From positions 1 to 24,069 of the IMG/VR virus record IMGVR_UViG_3300042261_000478: a stretch of 24,069 nucleotides of DNA; one strand, 5' to 3'. This stretch comes from a virus. Its lineage: Duplodnaviria; Caudoviricetes. Positions within the stretch are counted from its first letter, which is position 1, and every line of letters starts with the position of its first letter. Both the position numbers and the translations under genes were made by a program. Under the pieces are notes generated by a model. That model was given only the letters and a program-made list of their open reading frames with translations, made no database searches and was not told the DNA's origin. Of this stretch, positions 18,211 through 23,854 are shown in pieces.

Positions 18211-19014
18211 TTATTTCAAATACTGTGTAAAAATAAAATCTTCCAGGACTTCCATCTCTTTTGCTTTTTCAAGATTTTCTTTAATTGCGTTCATTTTATT
18301 ATAATATATTTCATCAGAAACATCAAATTCTTCACTCAAATCAATTATACCATCCTTATTAAAATATTTGCCAATATCAGGAGCACCAAGATAAACCGGA
18401 ATAGTCCCAGTAGCAAAACAATCTAAAAGTTTTTCAGTAAAATATGTTTCATACTGACCATTTTCAATAGCAACTGAAAACATATAATCACATAGACCTT
18501 CTTCTTTATTTGAGATTTCATTAAATCCTCGACCATAAAGATCTACCTGACCCCAAAGTCTTTCCACCCATTCAAGGCGAAGTCTGTGACCTTCACACAT
18601 TTGTTTGTTTGAAGCGATCATAGAAATCATTTTTGACTTTTCATAAATTTTGGGTTCTTTGATCCAAAATCCTTGAGCGGGAACCCATTTAAATTTTGAA
18701 TCTATTTTCAAAAGTTCCTGGTTATGAGTAAAAATAATATCAAATACTTCCAAATACTTTTCTGGATACTGTTTAACAGACTCTACAATTTGTGGAGTAA
18801 TGTACTTTGATTCAAGAAGCCATCCATATTTTGGACCAGAAACATTATCAGATTGTGCCTGAGCAAGAGTGCTATCAATATAAAATGTTGCTTCTCCTGT
18901 ACCATCACTTACCCATTTGATATACTTAGATTCTTTACCATGAACAGAATATCCTTTATTTCCATTTGTTAGATGAGTAAAGGTATTTCCAACTAGATTA
19001 AATTTTATTTTCAT
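18211..19014 (-). CDS. Glycosyltransferase family 10-like (alpha-1,3-fucosyltransferase-like)
   Basis: ISMIASNK...GHRLR, VDLYGRG, YMFSVAIEN...YFTEKLLDCFATGTIPVYLGAP (GT10 motif). Confidence 0.85.
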   Translation of the reverse strand: MKIKFNLVGNTFTHLTNGNKGYSVHGKESKYIKWVSDGTGEATFYIDSTLAQAQSDNVSGPKYGWLLESKYITPQIVESVKQYPEKYLEVFDIIFTHNQELLKIDSKFKWVPAQGFWIKEPKIYEKSKMISMIASNKQMCEGHRLRLEWVERLWGQVDLYGRGFNEISNKEEGLCDYMFSVAIENGQYETYFTEKLLDCFATGTIPVYLGAPDIGKYFNKDGIIDLSEEFDVSDEIYYNKMNAIKENLEKAKEMEVLEDFIFTQYLK

Positions 19015-19913
19015 GGAACCACAAGGTCAAGTTGATTGATATTAAATTCCGATAATTTAAATTCTACCATATTCTTCGTATAAAGACCATCTGCAAGACT
19101 ACAAGATTCATACAATGCTCTTGTTGGATCTTTCATTTTAGGATCAGTATAGTCAATAAAAAAAGCAATTTTTAAAAATTCAAAATACTTAAGTAAAACA
19201 AAAATGCCAGATATTTGTCCAATAGTCACTAAATTTTTATGACGAACCAAGTGATCTAAAAGATCTTGTAGTTCTAGTTTATCCAATCTTTCAGTATTTT
19301 GAAAAATCTTCTGATTGGTAAATACGTTTGTTTTATTAGTCCAATTTACAATTACTTTATATCCTTTATCTTTCATTTTTGAAACAATGTCGTCCCAAAA
19401 AGAATCGTTTAGTTGATAACCATCTCCTCTCTCTGGAAAAAGAATACAAGTTTTTTCCTCTATGTCTTTTTTTAGATTAGAATATTTTTCTATATTAGAA
19501 AGAATTCCAGTATTCTGAAGATTTTGAACAATAGACCACATCTTTGGTGCCATATGGCACACCTTAAGTTGTTTAATATTATGTGCATTATTTAAGATAT
19601 TCAGATCCTGTGGATAAAATCCGTGTTTGGACATAATAATTTCTTCCTCTGGAATGGGATATCCAGTTTCCAAAGGAAAAACTTCAACAACTTCACATTT
19701 TGGATTAGATATAAAATTATCTAAAACAAATTTAATACCATTAAAAATTCCAGGTCTGCATAAGATTTTATAATTAACTGGAGAATTCGATTCAAGAAAA
19801 AGAGTTGCATCAATTGCATCTCCCATTCCCCAGTTCATCAAATACCAATTTTCTGTTTTGAATTTGTCTTTGTTTATTTCAGAACAGTCATTCAAAAATT
19901 TATATACTACCAT
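19011..19913 (-). CDS. Hypothetical protein, possibly GT-B/GT9-like
   Basis: WGMGDAI near the N-terminus, ILFPE...FWDDIV..KGYKVIVN and IGQISG. Visibly very AT-rich. Confidence 0.5.
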   Translation of the reverse strand: MVVYKFLNDCSEINKDKFKTENWYLMNWGMGDAIDATLFLESNSPVNYKILCRPGIFNGIKFVLDNFISNPKCEVVEVFPLETGYPIPEEEIIMSKHGFYPQDLNILNNAHNIKQLKVCHMAPKMWSIVQNLQNTGILSNIEKYSNLKKDIEEKTCILFPERGDGYQLNDSFWDDIVSKMKDKGYKVIVNWTNKTNVFTNQKIFQNTERLDKLELQDLLDHLVRHKNLVTIGQISGIFVLLKYFEFLKIAFFIDYTDPKMKDPTRALYESCSLADGLYTKNMVEFKLSEFNINQLDLVVP

Positions 19914-19914
19914 A

Positions 19915-20982
19915 TCAAACCGGATGGTGCATTACAGTATCTTTATAGACTTGGGCATTAATCCACTCATAAGTTTTACGAATTCCTTCTTCAAGACTTT
20001 GGGAATAATCCCATCCCAATTTTTCACGAATCAAATCGTTATTAGAATTACGACCACGAACACCTAAAGGTCCAGCAATGTGTTTTTTCTCCACAGATTT
20101 TCCAGAAACTTTAGCAACAGTATCTACAAGCTGATTAATAGTGACCATTTCTTCTGATCCAATATTAACGGGTCCAATAAAATCAGAATCCATCAAACGA
20201 CGAGTTGCTTCAATACACTCATCAATGTACAAGAAAGAACGGGTTTGCTCACCATCACCCCAAACTTCAATCTCGCCACCAGAAACACTAAGTTCTGCTA
20301 CCTTACGACACATTGCTGCTGGAGCTTTTTCACGACCGCCCGACCAAGTTCCTTCGGGACCAAAGATATTGTGATATCTAGCAACACGAACAGGAATGTC
20401 ATAATTGCGATTGTAAGCAAAATATAAACGTTCCGAAAACAGTTTTTCCCATCCATATTCGCTATCAGGATTAGCAGGGTATGCAGATGATTCACGGCAA
20501 TCAGGATTGTCTGGATCAAGTTGATTGTATTCTGGATACATACACGCAGATCCAGAGTAGAAGATCTTGGTGGCATTTACACCTTTATCTTCATTCATTT
20601 TACGTTGCATCTCAAGAACATTGAGATTAATGGTGACAGAATTGTGCATAATGTCGGCATCGTTTTCTCCAGTGAAAACGAAACCGGCGCCCCCCATATC
20701 AGCAGCGAACTGATAGATCTCATCAAATGTTTCAATGTAACGCCAGGGAACAGAATTATAAAAATTTCTATAAGGACCTTTGTATTCAAGCACACGATGA
20801 ACGAAATTCACATCACGAAGATCACCGTGAACAAATTCGTGTGCTTCAGTTTCAGAAAACTCTGGACTTTTAAGATCCACACCACGCACCCAATACCCTT
20901 CGGATCGTAGTCTCTTTACCATATGGCTTCCAATAAAACCACCAGCACCAAGTACAAGTGCTGTTTTCTTATAATCACTCAT
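19915..20982 (-). CDS. GDP-mannose 3,5-epimerase-like extended SDR (WcaG/COG0451 superfamily)
   Basis: GAGGFIGSH, FAADMGGAGF, SGSACMYPE (catalytic Cys position), PDSEYGWEKL (YxxxK), GREKAPAAMCRK (catalytic Lys position): the GME signature set. Confidence 0.88.
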   Translation of the reverse strand: MSDYKKTALVLGAGGFIGSHMVKRLRSEGYWVRGVDLKSPEFSETEAHEFVHGDLRDVNFVHRVLEYKGPYRNFYNSVPWRYIETFDEIYQFAADMGGAGFVFTGENDADIMHNSVTINLNVLEMQRKMNEDKGVNATKIFYSGSACMYPEYNQLDPDNPDCRESSAYPANPDSEYGWEKLFSERLYFAYNRNYDIPVRVARYHNIFGPEGTWSGGREKAPAAMCRKVAELSVSGGEIEVWGDGEQTRSFLYIDECIEATRRLMDSDFIGPVNIGSEEMVTINQLVDTVAKVSGKSVEKKHIAGPLGVRGRNSNNDLIREKLGWDYSQSLEEGIRKTYEWINAQVYKDTVMHHPV

Positions 20983-21008
20983 AGATTAATGAAATACCTA
21001 TAGTATGT

Positions 21009-21037
21009 ATTATACAAAAAAAGATGGGTTTGTGCAA
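21009..21037 (-). promoter_or_regulatory. Sigma70-type promoter of the glycan operon
   Basis: TTGCAC-17 nt-TATAAT followed by ACATA, 26 nt upstream of the epimerase ATG. Confidence 0.7.
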
Positions 21038-21045
21038 CCCATCTT
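21016..21045 (-). terminator. Intrinsic terminator directly downstream of the wcaG-like RNA
   Basis: AAGATGGGTT-GCACA-AACCCATCTT (10-bp stem) followed by TTTTT. Confidence 0.85.
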
Positions 21046-21053
21046 ATGTAACT

Positions 21054-21198
21054 CAGGCTCGCCACTTATTCTTTATCTGGAAATAAGAAACCAGGCGGAG
21101 AAAGAATTCCCCATCCGCACCACTTGCTCTTGAGAGAAGCAAGAAACTCATAATAGGGTCATATTGACTCCACCACTTAGTTTTAGGAAACTAAGAAA
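21054..21198 (-). ncRNA. wcaG-like structured RNA with three tandem hairpin-UGGYG modules
   Basis: Three units TTTCTT-stem-AAG-TGGYG: CTTAGTTT/AAACTAAG-TGGTG; CTTGCT/AGCAAG-TGGTG; CTTATT/AATAAG-TGGCG. Units 2 and 3 have pseudoknot potential (TGAG/CTCA; CTGG/CCAG). Located upstream of a WcaG-family gene, as described for the cyanophage wcaG motif. Family name recalled, not searched. Confidence 0.7.
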
Positions 21199-21410
21199 AG
21201 TTGGGTTAACTTTGATATCTCGGTAATACCAAAGAACGCACATAAGAACAGCACGTCCCAAAGTTTAAGTTTAATAGCAAAAGGTACTGTAAGTAATCCT
21301 CCAATACATTTTAGCATCAAACCATATTTGAATTCTCCCCATAACATAGTTTGATAACCAATAATGAGAAGAATGTTTCCAATCCACCGAAGTAAATCAG
21401 ACTTTGACAT
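21183..21410 (-). CDS. Small membrane protein (75 aa)
   Basis: MSKSDLLRWIGNILLIIGYQTMLWG...GGLLTVPFAIKLKLWDVLFLCAFFGI..., about three hydrophobic segments. ATG at 21410 preferred over 21449, which lies in a structured element. Confidence 0.7.
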   Translation of the reverse strand: MSKSDLLRWIGNILLIIGYQTMLWGEFKYGLMLKCIGGLLTVPFAIKLKLWDVLFLCAFFGITEISKLTQLFLVS

Positions 21411-21455
21411 AAAGGGGTTTTGCTCCCGACCAGTGCTGTTAGAGTCCATCCGTGA

Positions 21456-21707
21456 CTATTCATCCCAATACTCTTCTTCACCTTTAACATAACATGGAAC
21501 GCGATCTGGATCTAACCATTTCGCATACTCAATATCCTCCATTGCAGTAGAACATTGTAGCACATTATCAAAAAGATAAATGTCATTCCAGCGTTTAGTG
21601 TATTCGTTTTGTTTTTGTAAACGATAATCGGGTTTACCATTTATCTCAAGAATACCTGCTTCAATGAAACGATATCCTTCACGTTCAAGAAGAACTTTAG
21701 TGCTCAT
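21456..21707 (-). CDS. Hypothetical protein (83 aa)
   Basis: Intact ORF with an ATGA overlap to the upstream ORF. Confidence 0.8.
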   Translation of the reverse strand: MSTKVLLEREGYRFIEAGILEINGKPDYRLQKQNEYTKRWNDIYLFDNVLQCSTAMEDIEYAKWLDPDRVPCYVKGEEEYWDE

Positions 21708-21919
21708 GCTACTTCAACAGATTCAAGATCGGCAAGAACATATTCCATAAGCATTTCATAGTCATCAAGAGGATCACCAGAAAATACTACACCTTCGTTT
21801 TCATAATAACGACGAACTTTTTTATAAAGTTTTGGATTCTTTACATCAAGGTAGAAATCGCCGTTTGCTGCACCACGAAGGGTTTGAACGTCTTTCTTGA
21901 ATTTTGCTGTGAGAGTCAT
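21704..21919 (-). CDS. Hypothetical protein (71 aa)
   Basis: Intact ORF directly downstream of a consensus promoter. Confidence 0.8.
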   Translation of the reverse strand: MTLTAKFKKDVQTLRGAANGDFYLDVKNPKLYKKVRRYYENEGVVFSGDPLDDYEMLMEYVLADLESVEVA

Positions 21920-21941
21920 TGTTTTGAATGTTGACCTATGT

Positions 21942-21971
21942 ATTATAGGGGTTTGACAGGGATTCTGTCAA
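21942..21971 (-). promoter_or_regulatory. Sigma70-type early promoter with a palindromic -35 region
   Basis: TTGACA-18 nt-TATAAT-ACATA; the -35 is one arm of the inverted repeat TTGACAG-aatcc-CTGTCAA. Confidence 0.8.
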
Positions 21972-21972
21972 G

Positions 21973-22046
21973 TGCTCGTTGAGAGAATCGAACTCTTCCT
22001 GCGGCGCTTTATGAGAACGCTGCCTTCACCAGATGGCTAAACGAGC
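21973..22046 (-). tRNA. tRNA with CAU anticodon (elongator Met or Ile2)
   Basis: Acceptor GCTCGTT/AACGAGC, anticodon arm GCGTT-CTCATAA-AGCGC, T loop TTCGATT. G1-C72 is paired, so not an initiator. No encoded CCA. Confidence 0.85.
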
Positions 22047-22050
22047 AGAA

Positions 22051-22100
22051 GGAGGATTTACACAGCCTCAGAGTTTCCTCTTCACAGGCACGAAACCTCC
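22051..22100 (-). ncRNA. Putative 50-nt kink-turn hairpin RNA between two tRNAs
   Basis: GGAGG-TTTCGT-GCC-TGT-GA-A-GAG-GAAA-CTC-T-GA-GGC-TGTGTAAAT-CCTCC: closing stem, C-stem GCC/GGC, 3-nt bulge, tandem G.A pairs and a GNRA loop. Confidence 0.55.
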
Positions 22101-22101
22101 A

Positions 22102-22173
22102 TAGGAGTACTGGGAGTTGAACCCAGACTACCCCGTTATAAGCAGGGCGCTCTAACCATTAAGCTATACTCCC
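22102..22173 (-). tRNA. tRNA-Ile(UAU)
   Basis: Acceptor GGGAGTA/TACTCCT, anticodon arm CCCTG-CTTATAA-CGGGG, T arm CTGGG-TTCAACT-CCCAG, discriminator A; no CCA. Confidence 0.9.
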
Positions 22174-22180
22174 AATTAAA

Positions 22181-22411
22181 TTACGATCCTTCTTCGTGGT
22201 CTGTGTGGAGACGTATCATTTCATCATCCACAACTGAATCTATTGCATACTTTATGGTTTCATTGTAAGGAACTATCACTGCGCTATTATCTCCGTCTTG
22301 TATAATAAATGATTCGCCATTTTCAACTCTTTGTATTAGATTATCAAAATCGTTTTGAAACTCTTCTACTGTAAATGATTGAAGTTCGTTTAGTTCTGGA
22401 TACATTTTCAT
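22181..22411 (-). CDS. Phd/YefM antitoxin-like protein (76 aa)
   Basis: FTVEEFQNDFDNLIQRVENGESFIIQDGDNSAVIVP fits the Phd/YefM N-terminal pattern; acidic tail. Start trimmed to avoid tRNA-Pro. Confidence 0.6.
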   Translation of the reverse strand: MKMYPELNELQSFTVEEFQNDFDNLIQRVENGESFIIQDGDNSAVIVPYNETIKYAIDSVVDDEMIRLHTDHEEGS

Positions 22412-22425
22412 AAAGTGTTTATGAA

Positions 22426-22499
22426 TCGGAATGATAGGATTCGAACCTACGGCATCCGCCTCCCAAAGACGGCGCTCTACCAAACTGAGCTACATTCCG
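22426..22499 (-). tRNA. tRNA-Pro(UGG)
   Basis: Acceptor CGGAATG/CATTCCG, D arm GCTC/GAGC, anticodon arm CCGTC-TTTGGGA-GGCGG, T loop TTCGAAT; no CCA. Confidence 0.95.
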
Positions 22500-22516
22500 T
22501 TGTTTCTTACCTACTA

Positions 22517-22545
22517 ATTATACTAGTCCTTGTGGTGCTTGTCAA
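22517..22545 (-). promoter_or_regulatory. Perfect sigma70 consensus promoter of the tRNA operon
   Basis: TTGACA-17 nt-TATAAT, 17 nt upstream of tRNA-Pro. Confidence 0.9.
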
Positions 22546-22675
22546 ATGGAGCCCAGTGCTGCCAGTTGTATTTGTGGATAGCCCAAATACCCATAATCGG
22601 CAGCACAATCAAAATATATCCAAGAAATCCAAGAGTGTAAGGATTCTCCAAAACCCATCGTGCGAAATGTCCCAT
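22523..22675 (-). CDS. Small single-TM protein (50 aa)
   Basis: Manual translation MGHFARWVLENPYTLGFLGYILIVLPIMGIWAIHKYNWQHWAPFDKHHKD*; TGATG coupling to the upstream ORF. Confidence 0.7.
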   Translation of the reverse strand: MGHFARWVLENPYTLGFLGYILIVLPIMGIWAIHKYNWQHWAPFDKHHKD

Positions 22676-22872
22676 CAGTATCCTCTCCAGGTTTTAAACT
22701 CATAATAAAAATACTGATCCAAAACTTTATCGTCTAATGGAGCATTATCAGTTCTGTGAGCCCACACTTCACAAAATTCTACGATACGACGGTCGTGTAA
22801 TGAACTGTGCCCCCACATTCTCACGAATGCTGATGCGGCAAAACCATATCTCTGTTTAATGTGCGGTTCCAT
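22675..22872 (-). CDS. Hypothetical protein (~65 aa)
   Basis: MEPHIKQRYGFAASAFVRMWG...YYEFKTWRGY*. Start trimmed from 22917 to limit overlap with ndhP. Confidence 0.7.
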   Translation of the reverse strand: MEPHIKQRYGFAASAFVRMWGHSSLHDRRIVEFCEVWAHRTDNAPLDDKVLDQYFYYEFKTWRGY

Positions 22873-22978
22873 TGCCTTTGTAGTCCTCCGAGTCATAATA
22901 GCCTCCTCGCGTTCCAAAGTAAAGTGTTGTTAAAACAAAAGGAACTGAAACAAATAACAATAGTTTTCCCAATAACAT
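22856..22978 (-). CDS. ndhP: NDH-1L subunit P
   Basis: Manual translation MLLGKLLLFVSVPFVLTTLYFGTRGGYYDSEDYKGNGTAH*: one TM helix plus the diagnostic FGTxxGxYDxxxYxGNGxAH C-terminus. TAATG coupling to the upstream ORF. Confidence 0.9.
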   Translation of the reverse strand: MLLGKLLLFVSVPFVLTTLYFGTRGGYYDSEDYKGNGTAH

Positions 22979-23145
22979 TACAAAAATACTCCTGGTTTGT
23001 AGTCTACTAGTTCTCTAATCTCATCAAGAAATGCTCCATATTCTTTAAATCTTCTATCGCCAGCAATAAAGTGTCTTTGCCTTGTCCAGACAGCATCTGC
23101 TAAAAGTTTGAGTTCGTACTCTGAAAAATCTTTGAATCGTTCCAT
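22978..23145 (-). CDS. Hypothetical protein (55 aa)
   Basis: Manual translation MERFKDFSEYELKLLADAVWTRQRHFIAGDRRFKEYGAFLDEIRELVDYKPGVFL*; AGGAG RBS. Confidence 0.75.
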   Translation of the reverse strand: MERFKDFSEYELKLLADAVWTRQRHFIAGDRRFKEYGAFLDEIRELVDYKPGVFL

Positions 23146-23153
23146 GATGTCTC

Positions 23154-23246
23154 CTATTGTTGTGGATATGCGTTTGTAAGACCCCAGTAGATGAAGGATC
23201 CGATTGCACTAAAAAGTAAAATTGCTGATATGAATGTTTTAGTCAT
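23154..23246 (-). CDS. NdhQ-like single-TM peptide (30 aa)
   Basis: Manual translation MTKTFISAILLFSAIGSFIYWGLTNAYPQQ*. Resembles the TM/C-terminal part of cyanobacterial NdhQ as I recall it (ISAxL...IxWxLxxAY). Confidence 0.6.
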   Translation of the reverse strand: MTKTFISAILLFSAIGSFIYWGLTNAYPQQ

Positions 23247-23529
23247 CTTCTTCGTCCTCGTAAGTTGAAGGTTCTTCGAATAACTCATTCATTTTTTGTT
23301 GTACAATTCTTTCGTGTAGTTCCTGTAAGTCTTCGTCCGTAAATCTTACCACGAGTAATGAATCTCCTGCCTTAACGTCGTTTAATTCTGGATGCTTCAC
23401 CTTTGGACTTTTTGAATATCCGTGGTGAGCATTCATTACCATCCAACCCTGGACAAACATTGAGATAGCAATTGCAACAAGAACAAACCAAGGAACTAAA
23501 AATATTAGTTCAGAGTGATTTTGAGCCAT
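23239..23529 (-). CDS. DUF2973-like membrane protein
   Basis: N-terminal TM helix followed by KHPELND...GDSLLVVRF...LHERI, the pattern of cyanobacterial DUF2973. Confidence 0.7.
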   Translation of the reverse strand: MAQNHSELIFLVPWFVLVAIAISMFVQGWMVMNAHHGYSKSPKVKHPELNDVKAGDSLLVVRFTDEDLQELHERIVQQKMNELFEEPSTYEDEEDD

Positions 23530-23708
23530 GGCAATAGTGGCGGAATAACACCCACAAGTCTCAGTAATCCCTCAGCAAATAAAGCAAGAACCACCCAACC
23601 GACGCACATACTAATGATAGAAGCATTACGGTTGTGTCTTCTGATAGCAGCATCGATCATCTCCTGAACTTCAGAACGTGTAACTAATTCTTCTTGTTCG
23701 TGCATCAT
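23505..23708 (-). CDS. Small membrane hypothetical protein (67 aa)
   Basis: VTRSEVQEMIDAAIRRHNRNASIIS plus a TM segment; ATGA overlap with the upstream ORF. Confidence 0.75.
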   Translation of the reverse strand: MMHEQEELVTRSEVQEMIDAAIRRHNRNASIISMCVGWVVLALFAEGLLRLVGVIPPLLPWLKITLN

Positions 23709-23854
23709 TTCTCATCTCCAAGAAATTTTGCGAGAGGATCTTTTCTTGTTTTTACAATTTCAACTGCTCTTTTGTAAAACATATTATTAGTATTCCCTGA
23801 GGATTCAAATGTTTCTTTGATCTTCACCCAATTCTCATAAGTATGTTGATCCAT
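23705..23854 (-). CDS. Small hypothetical protein (49 aa)
   Basis: Manual translation MDQHTYENWVKIKETFESSGNTNNMFYKRAVEIVKTRKDPLAKFLGDEK*; its stop overlaps the next start. Confidence 0.75.
   Translation of the reverse strand: MDQHTYENWVKIKETFESSGNTNNMFYKRAVEIVKTRKDPLAKFLGDEK

Noticed and set aside
2900-20910. Short plus-strand and nested minus-strand ORFs across the porin start and glycan operon
   Set aside because: All overlap well-supported genes and show no motifs; expected by chance.
21054-21198. CRISPR-like array interpretation of the three repeats
   Set aside because: The repeats are not identical, vary by compensatory pairing, have structured linkers, and no cas genes are present.
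21953-21971. Inverted repeat as a terminator or divergent promoter
   Set aside because: No U-tract follows, and the plus-strand TTGACA has no -10 box at a suitable spacing.
22412-22705. N-terminal extension of ORF 22181..22483 and plus-strand ORF 22415..22705
   Set aside because: They overlap tRNA-Pro, its promoter and the 50-aa ORF; reading-frame artefacts.
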